Assembly (NCBI GenBank): GCA_034002805.1
Contig: JAVEZW010000003.1
Coordinates: 1 to 46,308, forward strand
Direction of reading: 5' to 3'
DNA: 46,308 nucleotides
Source: Bacteroidales bacterium
GTDB taxonomy: Bacteria > Bacteroidota > Bacteroidia > Bacteroidales > UBA12077
In this document: positions 8,931 to 18,357 of the stretch, piece by piece
Position numbering within the stretch: position 1 is the first letter of the stretch
Layout of the letters: each line of letters opens with the position of its first letter
Translations under genes and position numbers: made by a program
The notes under the pieces: model-generated
What the model saw: the letters and a program-made list of their open reading frames with translations, nothing else
The model's database searches: none
Told to the model about the DNA's origin: nothing

Positions 8931-9809
8931 TTATTTTTTTAATGCTTCTGCACCACCAACAATCTCGAGTATTTCGCCTGTAATTGAAGCCTGTCGGGCC
9001 TTATTATAGTTTAGCTGAAGATCTTTAATCATTTCAGAAGCATTGTCGGTAGCTTTATGCATAGCAGTCATCCTTGCGCCGTGCTCAGCAGCAAGCGATT
9101 CGAGCATGGCCTCATACAGTCTTAACTTTAACGATTTGGGTATAAGCTCCTGTACTATATATTCTTTGGTTGGCTCAAAAATATAATCGAAATGGCTTTC
9201 CGAAAACTCGTCTTCCTTAATCTCAATTGGCAAAAAAGTACTTGTTGTTAAGATTTGTACTCCTGCATTTTTAAACCGATTATAAACTAAAATTATCTTG
9301 TCTGCTTTTTTCGTTAAATAGAGGTTTAAAATTTGCTCGATGAGCGAAAGTGCACTTCCGTAGCTTAACTGATCTAATAGTTGATTATTTGTTTGCAAAA
9401 CGGGGTATTTTTTCGATTGAAAATACTCTGATCCCTTTTTGCCCAGCGAGATAATTTTCACGTTACCCTGAGCATATTCACCAGCATAATCATTATTGAT
9501 TAGCTGGTTAACCTGTTTAATTACATTTGCATTAAACGCTCCGCACAAACCTTTGTTTGAGGTTATAGCTACAATTACTATTTTTTCGGGTATTTCGTCT
9601 CTCGTATAAACATTCTCAAGAGAACCTTCAATCGATTGAGAGATATCTTTAAGAATAAAATGAAGTTTTTCGGAATACGGACGAAGATTAATCACAGCAT
9701 CCTGCGCCTTCTTTAATTTTGCAGCAGAAACCATTTTCATGGCACTGGTAATTTGCCGGGTAGATTTTACCGATACAATGCGTGATCGTATTTCCTTTAA
9801 ATTCCCCAT
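8931..9809 (-). CDS. atpG: F-type ATP synthase F1 subunit gamma
   Basis: 292-aa ORF. Canonical N-terminus MGNLKEIRSRIVSVKSTRQITSAMKMVSAAKLKKAQ and C-terminus EHGARMTAMHKATDNASEMIKDLQLNYNKARQASITGEILEIVGGAEAL. Last gene of the atpBEFHAG order. Confidence 0.95.
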   Translation of the reverse strand: MGNLKEIRSRIVSVKSTRQITSAMKMVSAAKLKKAQDAVINLRPYSEKLHFILKDISQSIEGSLENVYTRDEIPEKIVIVAITSNKGLCGAFNANVIKQVNQLINNDYAGEYAQGNVKIISLGKKGSEYFQSKKYPVLQTNNQLLDQLSYGSALSLIEQILNLYLTKKADKIILVYNRFKNAGVQILTTSTFLPIEIKEDEFSESHFDYIFEPTKEYIVQELIPKSLKLRLYEAMLESLAAEHGARMTAMHKATDNASEMIKDLQLNYNKARQASITGEILEIVGGAEALKK

Positions 9810-9820
9810 CCTGATATCAA

Positions 9821-11401
9821 TTAGATCTTATATCTGGTAACTAACATGCCGGCAACACTTTCTAGTGTAGCAGTTATGCTTTCGTTGATAATTCCTTCTT
9901 TTAACTGATTTAATACGCTTTGATGTTCAAGTTCGAGAAGCTCTAAAAACTCCGATTCGAAAGCTTTAATTTTTGCTAAAGGAACTTCTTTTAATAACCC
10001 TTTTGTTCCACAGTAAATTATAGCTATCTGCTTTTCTACTGACATAGGCGAATATTGTCCTTGCTTTAAGATTTCAACATTCTTTGATCCTTTATCGAGA
10101 ATAGCCATTGTGGCATCATCCAAATCAGAACCGAATTTTGAAAAAGCTTCAAGTTCTCGATACTGCGCCTGATCAAGCTTTAATGTTCCTGCAACCTTTT
10201 TCATCGATTTAATTTGAGCATTACCACCTACACGCGATACCGAAATACCAACGTTTATGGCAGGTCTGATACCCGAATTAAACAAATCAGATTCAAGAAA
10301 TATCTGTCCATCGGTAATTGAGATAACGTTTGTTGGAATATATGCAGAAACATCTCCTGCCTGGGTTTCAATAATCGGTAATGCCGTTAATGATCCGCCA
10401 CCCTTAACTCTTTTTATAAGCGACTCGGGTAAATCGTTCATTTTGGCAGCAATTTCATCAGACTGAATAATACGGGCCGCTCTTTCCAGCAATCTGGAGT
10501 GCAAATAAAAAATATCTCCCGGATATGCTTCTCTGCCAGGAGGTCTTCTGAGCAATAATGACACCTCACGATAAGCCACAGCCTGTTTAGAAAGATCATC
10601 AAAAATAATGAGGGCATCGCGACCGGTATCTCTAAAATATTCACCAATACATGTTCCTGCAAATGGAGCATAAAACTGTAATGCCGCTGATTCAGATGCG
10701 GTAGCACAAACAATTACAGTATAATCCATTGCTCCATGTTTCTCGAGTATTTGAGCAATGTTGGCAACAGTAGATCCCTTCTGTCCAATTGCTACATAGA
10801 TGCAATAAACGGGCTCTCCTTTATCATAAAATTCGCGTTGATTTATTATTGTATCAATTGCAATAGCTGTTTTCCCTGTCTGACGATCGCCAATAATAAG
10901 TTCTCGCTGGCCTCTGCCAATAGGAATCATTGCATCAATTGGCTTAATGCCAGTTTGAATTGGCCTGTTTACGGGTTGTCTGAATATAACACCAGGTGCC
11001 TTTCTCTCAAGCGGCATTTCATATAGGTCTCCATTTATGGTCCCCTTGCCATCAATTGGTTCGCCAAGAGTATTAATTACTCTTCCCAACAAACTTTCAC
11101 CAACTTTAATTGAAGCTATTCTTCGAGTTCTTCTTACTTTATCACCTTCCTTAATTTGTTGCGATGACCCTAAAATTACGGCTCCAACATTATCTTCTTC
11201 GAGGTTAAGTACTATTCCTCTAACTCCATTCTGAAATTCAATTAATTCATTTGACTGAACAGAGGATAATCCATAAATACGGGCAATACCATCGCCCACT
11301 TGCAACACGCTTCCTACCTCTTCAAGTTCTGCATTCGAAGTAAATCCTTCGAGTTGAAGTTTTAGTATTTTTGAAACTTCACCTGGCTTAATTCCTGCCA
11401 T
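9821..11401 (-). CDS. atpA: F-type ATP synthase F1 subunit alpha
   Basis: 526-aa ORF. Walker [19 protein letters not shown]. Also [47 protein letters not shown] and [32 protein letters not shown]. Confidence 0.97.
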   Translation of the reverse strand: MAGIKPGEVSKILKLQLEGFTSNAELEEVGSVLQVGDGIARIYGLSSVQSNELIEFQNGVRGIVLNLEEDNVGAVILGSSQQIKEGDKVRRTRRIASIKVGESLLGRVINTLGEPIDGKGTINGDLYEMPLERKAPGVIFRQPVNRPIQTGIKPIDAMIPIGRGQRELIIGDRQTGKTAIAIDTIINQREFYDKGEPVYCIYVAIGQKGSTVANIAQILEKHGAMDYTVIVCATASESAALQFYAPFAGTCIGEYFRDTGRDALIIFDDLSKQAVAYREVSLLLRRPPGREAYPGDIFYLHSRLLERAARIIQSDEIAAKMNDLPESLIKRVKGGGSLTALPIIETQAGDVSAYIPTNVISITDGQIFLESDLFNSGIRPAINVGISVSRVGGNAQIKSMKKVAGTLKLDQAQYRELEAFSKFGSDLDDATMAILDKGSKNVEILKQGQYSPMSVEKQIAIIYCGTKGLLKEVPLAKIKAFESEFLELLELEHQSVLNQLKEGIINESITATLESVAGMLVTRYKI

Positions 11402-11403
11402 AA

Positions 11404-11976
11404 TTAACTAATTTTAGTTTTTTTCTTTGTGCTTAAATCGTACTCTAACAAGTTGGTCTTAAACCTGCTTAATTGCCTTGAAACACTCATGTCAAGTTCC
11501 TTGTCGTTTATCTGCAATATAATTCCACCTATAATTGACTGATCAACTTTTATATTTAGCTCTATTTTTGATTTCAATTTATCTTCAATTGCTTCAGTTA
11601 ATCTTTCTGTTTCCCCTTTATCCAGATCATATGCCGTTGTTAACAAAACAGATTGTATATGCTGATTTTTCTTATATAAATCAATAAAATTTCTTACAAT
11701 TCTCTGAAGATATATTTCTCTTTTATGCTGAATAATTAACTGTAAAAAAGAAAGTGTAATTGAATCAACCTCATCTTTAAACAAGCTAACTAAGACCTGT
11801 GTTTTTTGAGAAGGCTTAATCACAGGATGCTCCAAAAGCTTTATAAGATCTGATGAGTTAACTAAAATATCATTTAACAGTAAAATATCCTTAATAAGGA
11901 TTTCAACCTTATTCTTCTCCTGAGCTAGAAAAAATAACGCTTTGGCATATCGTATGGCTATCTGGCTTTGATTCAT
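11404..11976 (-). CDS. atpH: F-type ATP synthase F1 subunit delta (OSCP)
   Basis: 190-aa ORF between atpF and atpA, with its stop 2 nt before the atpA start. N-terminus [18 protein letters not shown] is typical of delta/OSCP. C-terminal [22 protein letters not shown] matches the delta signature. Confidence 0.85.
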   Translation of the reverse strand: MNQSQIAIRYAKALFFLAQEKNKVEILIKDILLLNDILVNSSDLIKLLEHPVIKPSQKTQVLVSLFKDEVDSITLSFLQLIIQHKREIYLQRIVRNFIDLYKKNQHIQSVLLTTAYDLDKGETERLTEAIEDKLKSKIELNIKVDQSIIGGIILQINDKELDMSVSRQLSRFKTNLLEYDLSTKKKTKIS

Positions 11977-11991
11977 ACCCTACTTTTCAGA

Positions 11992-12486
11992 TCAATTTAG
12001 GTCTATATCGTCTATCAGCTTATTAATAAGCTGCTTTTGTTTTTCTTTATTCTCCAGCTCGCTTTTAAGAATTTTTTGGGCTATGATTACAGAAAGCTCT
12101 GTTATTTGATTTTTTATTTCATTAATAGCATCAACCTTTTCTTTTTCAATACTTTTTCGAGCTTCCTCCATAATTTTTCTTGCTTCAACTTTGGCTTCGT
12201 TTTTGGCTTCTTCAATAATATTATTCTTAATTTCTTTAGCCTCTTTTAGAATGTTCTCTCGTTCTATTTTTGCAAGAGCCGAAATTTTTTCGTTACCAAA
12301 TTCAATTTTTGCAAGCTCTTCCTTTGCTTTTTTAGCAGCTAACAATCTTTTCTCGATAGTACTTTCACGGTCCTTAAGGGCTTTAAGTATTGGTTTCCAA
12401 GCATATTTTATTAAAATAAAGGTAACAATACCAAAAGATACTATCATCCAAATTAATAACCCAATGTCTGGTTTTATAAGTTCCAT
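11992..12486 (-). CDS. atpF: F-type ATP synthase F0 subunit b
   Basis: 164-aa ORF. One N-terminal TM helix (GLLIWMIVSFGIVTFILIKYAWKPI) followed by a long K/E/A-rich helix. Located between atpE and atpH. Confidence 0.85.
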   Translation of the reverse strand: MELIKPDIGLLIWMIVSFGIVTFILIKYAWKPILKALKDRESTIEKRLLAAKKAKEELAKIEFGNEKISALAKIERENILKEAKEIKNNIIEEAKNEAKVEARKIMEEARKSIEKEKVDAINEIKNQITELSVIIAQKILKSELENKEKQKQLINKLIDDIDLN

Positions 12487-12549
12487 AGTATTGAATTTAA
12501 ATTTAAAAAACTTTACAGCTCGCCAACCGCAAAGCTGTAAAGTAAATCC

Positions 12550-12807
12550 TTAAACAAAAAGAATAAGGAAACAAACTACAATTGCAAAAAACGCAACTCC
12601 TTCGATAAGAGCAGCAGCAACAATCATATTAGAACGAATATCGCCGGCAGCTTCGGGTTGTCTGGCAATTGATTCCATTGCAGAACTACCTATCTTGCCA
12701 ATACCCATTCCAGCAGCAATAGCTGCTATTGCAGCTCCAAATCCAGCACCAAGCTTTGCTATTGCAGCTCCTTCGATGGCTAGTAAAATAAAACCTAATG
12801 TACTCAT
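12550..12807 (-). CDS. atpE: F-type ATP synthase F0 subunit c (proteolipid)
   Basis: 85-aa hairpin protein with the ARQPE loop (ESIARQPEAAGD) and the carboxylate in helix 2 (AALIEGVAFFAIV, E69). Confidence 0.9.
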   Translation of the reverse strand: MSTLGFILLAIEGAAIAKLGAGFGAAIAAIAAGMGIGKIGSSAMESIARQPEAAGDIRSNMIVAAALIEGVAFFAIVVCFLILFV

Positions 12808-12834
12808 AATGTTTGTATTAAGTGAATATATCTA

Positions 12835-13929
12835 TTAATGATGTTCTTCTACCGCCATACCAAAATACAGCGCTGATAAAAATGTAAATACGTATGCCTG
12901 AATAAATGCTACTAAAAGCTCCAAAACAGACATGAAAATAGCAAATAAAACAGATATGGGTGATGCAGCAAGTCCCAAATAATCATTGATGTTTCCAAAA
13001 ATAAAAATCAGACTAAAAAAACCCAGCACAATGATATGCCCCGCCGAAATATTTGCAAAAAGACGAACCATTAATACAAATGGCTTTATAAATATTCCTA
13101 CAAGCTCAATAACCGGAATTATTGGAACAGGAACTTTTAACCACCAAGGAATTGATGGTGCATTAAATATATGTTTCCAATATCCTTTATTCCCGCTAAT
13201 GGTTGTTATTATAAATGTAAATAACGCAAGCACAAGTGTAACTGTGATATTTCCTGTGATATTTGCTCCTCCTGGGAAAATAGGTATTAATCCCAGTAAA
13301 TTATTCAACAGAATAAAAAAGAAAATAGTAAGTAAAAATGGGGTAAACTTCTCGTATTTTTTTTCATTAATTGAGGATTTTGCGATATCATCACGAACAA
13401 ATAAAATAACCGGTTCAATCAACGATTGCAATCCAATAGGAGGCATATCAATTCGTCGCTGATATGTTTTTGCAACAGATAAAAAAACAATTATTAAAAT
13501 TATAGAACTTACAATTAATGCCAGAACATTTTTAGTTATTGATAGATCCAGCGGCTTTTCAACAAACATATTCGATGAATCGACTTCAATGATTTTGCCT
13601 TTGTATTTTCCATTATGATCAATAATAAATCCTTTATATGCATGTCCGTGCTCCAATTTTGATGAAAGAAAAACCTCCCAGCCCTGGTTACTGCTATATA
13701 ATATTACCGGTAAGGGAATAGAGACATGTTTGTGTTTATAAGTAAATAAATGCCACCCATATTGGTCGAGAATATGATCGAAAATAAATGCACCAACATC
13801 TAGTTTTTTGGATTCGTTTGTGGCGTTTGTAGAATCTAAAGGGGCGTGTTTATCCTCAGCAAAAGTACTAATGCATAAAATCATTAGCAGAAGCAATACA
13901 GATAATATTTTCAGACAGCTTCTATTCAT
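12835..13929 (-). CDS. atpB: F-type ATP synthase F0 subunit a (with N-terminal extension)
   Basis: 364-aa polytopic membrane ORF carrying the essential-Arg motif in LMVRLFANISAGHII. Has an N-terminal signal-like segment plus the FIFDHILDQYGWHLF block. First gene of the F-type operon. Confidence 0.9.
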   Translation of the reverse strand: MNRSCLKILSVLLLLMILCISTFAEDKHAPLDSTNATNESKKLDVGAFIFDHILDQYGWHLFTYKHKHVSIPLPVILYSSNQGWEVFLSSKLEHGHAYKGFIIDHNGKYKGKIIEVDSSNMFVEKPLDLSITKNVLALIVSSIILIIVFLSVAKTYQRRIDMPPIGLQSLIEPVILFVRDDIAKSSINEKKYEKFTPFLLTIFFFILLNNLLGLIPIFPGGANITGNITVTLVLALFTFIITTISGNKGYWKHIFNAPSIPWWLKVPVPIIPVIELVGIFIKPFVLMVRLFANISAGHIIVLGFFSLIFIFGNINDYLGLAASPISVLFAIFMSVLELLVAFIQAYVFTFLSALYFGMAVEEHH

Positions 13930-13949
13930 AATATCGCTTTTGGGATATA

Positions 13950-13957
13950 CAAATTTA
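13950..13957 (-). promoter_or_regulatory. Candidate Bacteroidota -7 promoter box (TAaaTTTG on minus strand) for atpB operon
   Basis: Plus strand reads caaattta, which is TAAATTTG on the minus strand and matches the TAnnTTTG consensus. It lies 21-28 nt upstream of the atpB ATG and downstream of the V-operon terminator. No properly spaced -33 TTTG was found. The motif is common by chance in AT-rich DNA. Confidence 0.3.
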
Positions 13958-13996
13958 ACTATTAATAAGAAAAAATGATATTTAAAACAAATAAAA

Positions 13997-14032
13997 ATAT
14001 GGCAATGCTTTTAATTAAAAGCATTGCCATAT
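13997..14032 (-). terminator. Rho-independent terminator of the V-type ATPase operon
   Basis: Perfect 36-nt palindrome atatggcaatgcttttaattaaaagcattgccatat, giving a 16-bp stem and 4-nt loop. It starts 31 nt after the K-subunit stop. On the minus strand it is followed by TTTTATTTGTTTT. Confidence 0.65.
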
Positions 14033-14062
14033 CATACGTAAAAATTTATTTGTTGTTTCTTT

Positions 14063-14536
<474 letters not shown>

Positions 14537-14557
14537 TTATTCTCCTTTAAATTATTT

Positions 14558-16342
14558 TTATTTTGAAAATGGTTTATATTCTTTTCCTCCGCCATTGAAT
14601 CCGGCGTTTTTATAAAACTCAACAAATGTTAAACGCATTGGATGAACGATTCCGCTCAAGCATGAAAGGAAAATATTCAATCCGTGTCCTATTAAAAGCA
14701 ATAAGATAAATGGTATCCAACCCCAATAATCTATTGATAAAAATGGAATTGAAATCTGATTAAATACAAGCCCAAGTATAGAGCTTGATATTCCTAAAGC
14801 AAATAAACGAATATATGAAAGCATGTCTCCAAATATTCCTGTAACCATATTGTATGATTCGTATATACCAAGCCCCAGATTTGCAAAGATATTTTTATCA
14901 GGATTGTTAAATAAAAATATTAATCCAAAGCTTATTGCAAAAAGTACAATTTTAACAATTGATAATGACTCTAAATTAAGTCCAGCCTTTTCTCCTCCAA
15001 CAAAAAGTCCTAAGGTTAAAATAAGCAATATCCATCCAATGGTTGATAATCCGTATTTATAACCCCTCTGTTTTATTTGGTTAGCTGCTTTTAGGCCCAT
15101 ACCAAAAATAATCTGAACCATTCCAACAGCAATGGCCAGATAAAACATCACAATGGGTTGAAGAAAGTATTTTTTATAAGAACTAAACAAATTTAATTCG
15201 CCAAGACTAAATCCAAAAACAGTACCAGTTAACATACCCAATATAACAGTCGCGCCTCCCAACCATGCTGCCAATGTGAGTATTGGTTTTAAGTCTGGCT
15301 TTGCTTTTCTTCTATATAATAATGTTCCCAAAAGCAAAACTAAACCATAACCTGAATCGCCAACACATAATCCAAAAAACAACATAAAAAAGGGAGCAAA
15401 AAAAACAGTTAAATCCAGTTCTACATAGTTAGGCAGCGAGAACAACTTACCTATTGGTTCAAAAAGCTTGGCAAACTTCCCATTTTTTAATAAAATTGGA
15501 ACTTTATCATCGCTTGCTGGTTTGGTTGAAACATAAACAACTGTCTGATTCTGAAGAAACAATTCAAGCTCTTCCTTTTTCTCTTCAGGAATCCATCCTT
15601 CGATCAATAATACTTTTTCTTCTGCTTGTTTTTCGGTTTGATTAATCGCTAAATTATAATCAGTTTTTACCTGAATTTCTTTTCTGGTGCTTAGTAAAAC
15701 TTGTTTATAATTAATTGATATTTCGTCTAATGCTTTGTTTATCTCTTCTATCCGCTGACTGTTTGCTGCATATTTATTTTTAAGTATCGATAATGTTTCT
15801 TTGGGTAATTTTATTTCTTCAGCATCAATATTTATCTGTTCGTTATCTTGTTGAAGGACAACAAAATATAAAGATCCTTTAATTTGATTTATTATTTCAA
15901 GATAATAGTTGGTTTTCCATTCTTCTTTGAATTTCTTTTCACTGCATGAATAAAACTTAAACTGAATATTTACCTTTTCAAATTTTTCTTTTATATCATT
16001 AGAAAAATCGCCAAATGGAGTTGCTTTTTGAATATCTCTTCCTAACTCTTCTTGTTCCAGGTCAATAAGAGCAATTTCTTCGAGGTGTCTTTTAATCTTT
16101 TCTAAAATAGCAAAGCCATCAACGCTATAATCGACTGGTTTTTCTATTACATTTCTTTTTTCAAGAAGTTTGATGGTTTTATTCAATTCTCCTATTTCGT
16201 TCAGAGACTCTTTTATCTGTTCGTTAACTTCCTTTGTTTTTTGAATAATATGGAGCATTCCCAACTTCTGAAGTTCTTCAAGAAATTGAAGATATTCTTT
16301 ATGATAAATCAGGAACGAATACTTAATCATTGGAGAAATCAT
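14558..16342 (-). CDS. ntpI: V/A-type ATPase subunit I (a-subunit, stator/ion channel)
   Basis: 594-aa ORF. Soluble coiled N-terminal half and polytopic C-terminal half with the conserved Arg in MLSYIRLFALGISS. Its start overlaps the subunit D stop by 1 nt. Confidence 0.85.
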   Translation of the reverse strand: MISPMIKYSFLIYHKEYLQFLEELQKLGMLHIIQKTKEVNEQIKESLNEIGELNKTIKLLEKRNVIEKPVDYSVDGFAILEKIKRHLEEIALIDLEQEELGRDIQKATPFGDFSNDIKEKFEKVNIQFKFYSCSEKKFKEEWKTNYYLEIINQIKGSLYFVVLQQDNEQINIDAEEIKLPKETLSILKNKYAANSQRIEEINKALDEISINYKQVLLSTRKEIQVKTDYNLAINQTEKQAEEKVLLIEGWIPEEKKEELELFLQNQTVVYVSTKPASDDKVPILLKNGKFAKLFEPIGKLFSLPNYVELDLTVFFAPFFMLFFGLCVGDSGYGLVLLLGTLLYRRKAKPDLKPILTLAAWLGGATVILGMLTGTVFGFSLGELNLFSSYKKYFLQPIVMFYLAIAVGMVQIIFGMGLKAANQIKQRGYKYGLSTIGWILLILTLGLFVGGEKAGLNLESLSIVKIVLFAISFGLIFLFNNPDKNIFANLGLGIYESYNMVTGIFGDMLSYIRLFALGISSSILGLVFNQISIPFLSIDYWGWIPFILLLLIGHGLNIFLSCLSGIVHPMRLTFVEFYKNAGFNGGGKEYKPFSK

Positions 16343-16941
16343 TATGCTACCTCCCTCTGTTGTTGTCTTGTTTTTACAATTTTTTGAGATGATTTCGAAA
16401 GATTTTCTTCGTCTTCGAGGAAACGCTTAATCTTCGATATTGCCTCTTCATATCCAGGTATTTGAACCTTTTCGTACAAGTTTACTTTTTGAGTTGTTTT
16501 TCTTCGGGCATAATCGAGCAATTGCATTTTCTGTAAAAAAAACTCACTTTCTAAAGAAATTTTAACGAGTGACTCGATTATTTGAATTCCATTAAGAAAC
16601 CAACTCGGTTTATTAAAAAGACTAAATTCTTTTATTTCAAATAAAACATTATCAAATATCGGAATTTTAACACCTGCAATTTTTTTAGATGACATCTGAA
16701 CATCTTTTACTGCAATCAGGCTCGTGTCAAACTCTCCCCATAGCTGAACCATAGCCTCATACTCATTCATTTTGGCACTCAATCGGCGAAGTAATTCTTC
16801 CGACTGGTCTTTTGCTCTTTTAACTTCCATACGCAACGCAGCTTCTTTACTTTGTAATGTTGGTAAAGCTCGTAACCTTATTTTTAGTTGCTTATTGAGC
16901 TGTTGTAATGCTGTTTTATTATATTGAAATTTTATTGCCAT
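16342..16941 (-). CDS. ntpD: V/A-type ATPase subunit D (central stalk)
   Basis: 199-aa highly helical K/E/L-rich ORF (NKTALQQLNKQLKIRLRALPTLQSKEAALRMEV ... ARRKTTQKVNLYEKVQIPGYEEAI). Positioned between B and I, as in bacterial V-type operons. Confidence 0.85.
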   Translation of the reverse strand: MAIKFQYNKTALQQLNKQLKIRLRALPTLQSKEAALRMEVKRAKDQSEELLRRLSAKMNEYEAMVQLWGEFDTSLIAVKDVQMSSKKIAGVKIPIFDNVLFEIKEFSLFNKPSWFLNGIQIIESLVKISLESEFFLQKMQLLDYARRKTTQKVNLYEKVQIPGYEEAISKIKRFLEDEENLSKSSQKIVKTRQQQREVA

Positions 16942-17034
16942 AATCTTTAGTTACAGGTTAAAAGTTGCAAGTCTCAGGTAAAGTTCAAGTCAGGCGTTCG
17001 AAATATTAATTTGCCTTTATATTTAAAACTCGCT

Positions 17035-18357
17035 CTAATTCTTCGGCCAATATTTATCTACAAACTCTTGCTTAATACCTACTTCAGCTGGCTGAAAATG
17101 CTTATTAAACAGATTCCAGCTTGTTGAAAGCATCGCATCAACTTCAATATTAACATCAATAGCTAATAATTTTTCAGAATAATCTTTTGCAAAACGTAAT
17201 GTACGTTCATCATAATCAGTAAGATCAAACCCATTTTCCAATTTGGTTTTTGCATTAGCAGCATCAGCATATAAACGAATAGCTGCATTCATAACCTGAG
17301 GATGATCTGCTCTGGTTTTCTTACCAATAACCAATTGTTTTAATCGAGATAAACTTCGGAATGGGTCAACAATAACTTTACCTATATCGGTATCTTTTCG
17401 TAAGAAAAGCTGACCTTCGGTAATATAACCTGTATTATCAGGAATAGCATGAGTAATATCGCCTCCAGATAGTGATGTAACTGCGATAATAGTTATTGAA
17501 CCTCCATCAGGAAACTGAACTGCTTTTTCGTAAATTTTTGCCAAATCGCTGTATAAAGAACCAGGCATACTGTCTTTAGACGGAATCTGATCCATACGAT
17601 TCGAAACGATACTTAGCGCATCTGCATAAAGCGTCATATCGGTTAATAACACCAACACTTTTTGATTTTTATCTACTGCAAAATATTCAGCAGCTGTAAG
17701 AGCCATATCTGGAACAAGAAGACGCTCAACGGGTGGATTTTCGGTTGTATTTACAAAACTGATAATACGATCTAAAGCTCCTGCATTTTCAAATACATTT
17801 TTATAGTACAGGTAATCATCATTTGTTAATCCCATTCCACCAAGAATAATTTTATCAGCATCGGCACGAAGAGCAACCATCGCCATTACCTGGTTGTATG
17901 GTTGGTCGGGATCGGCAAAAAATGGGATTTTTTGCCCTGTTACAAGCGCATTGTTTAAGTCGATACCCGCAATACCTGTAGGAATAAATTCTGAAGGTTG
18001 TTTTCTTCTTACAGGATTTACTGATGGGCCACCGATCTGACGTTCTTCACCATCGATTTCTGGACCACCATCAATTGGTTCGCCATACGCATTAAAAAAC
18101 CTTCCGGATAATTCGTCGCTAACCTTCAATACCGGAGGACGTCCTAAAAATATTACTTCAGCATTTGTAGGAATACCTTCTGTTCCAGAAAAGATCTGAA
18201 GTGTAACATTATCTCCGATAATTTTCACCACCTGAGCTAAACGGCCATGAACAAATGCCATTTCTTCATAACCTATGTTTGAAGCCTTTAATGAACATGT
18301 TGCTTTTGTTATCTGGCTTAGTTTTGTATAAATTTTTTGAAATGCTTTTGTTTCCAT
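17035..18357 (-). CDS. ntpB: V/A-type ATPase subunit B (non-catalytic)
   Basis: 440-aa ORF of the alpha/beta ATPase fold without a canonical P-loop. Motifs: GQKIPFFADPDQPYNQ, LLTDMTLYADALSIVSNRMDQIPSKDSMPGSLYSDLAKIYEKA, ITEGQLFL. The start shares 1 nt with the subunit A stop (TAATG). Confidence 0.95.
   Translation of the reverse strand: METKAFQKIYTKLSQITKATCSLKASNIGYEEMAFVHGRLAQVVKIIGDNVTLQIFSGTEGIPTNAEVIFLGRPPVLKVSDELSGRFFNAYGEPIDGGPEIDGEERQIGGPSVNPVRRKQPSEFIPTGIAGIDLNNALVTGQKIPFFADPDQPYNQVMAMVALRADADKIILGGMGLTNDDYLYYKNVFENAGALDRIISFVNTTENPPVERLLVPDMALTAAEYFAVDKNQKVLVLLTDMTLYADALSIVSNRMDQIPSKDSMPGSLYSDLAKIYEKAVQFPDGGSITIIAVTSLSGGDITHAIPDNTGYITEGQLFLRKDTDIGKVIVDPFRSLSRLKQLVIGKKTRADHPQVMNAAIRLYADAANAKTKLENGFDLTDYDERTLRFAKDYSEKLLAIDVNIEVDAMLSTSWNLFNKHFQPAEVGIKQEFVDKYWPKN

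Noticed and set aside
12191-12553. 120-aa plus-strand ORF spanning the atpF/atpE junction
   Set aside because: Antisense to atpF with a serine/phenylalanine-rich low-complexity translation. It is a shadow of the K/E/A-rich helix coding sequence.
12986-13462. 158-aa plus-strand ORF
   Set aside because: Antisense within atpB, which carries the diagnostic RLFANISAGH motif on the other strand. There is no independent support.
12835-13929. Suspicion that the atpB start is mis-set because of the signal-like N-terminal ~100-aa extension
   Set aside because: An N-terminal extension containing a ...F.HI.D...WH.. block is, to my knowledge, usual for Bacteroidota a-subunits. A candidate promoter box also sits just upstream of this ATG.
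16942-17034. 93-nt gap between V-type subunits B and D, examined for a missing small subunit (F) or RNA structure
   Set aside because: It is too short for a subunit F ORF, and I could find no in-frame small ORF or stable hairpin.
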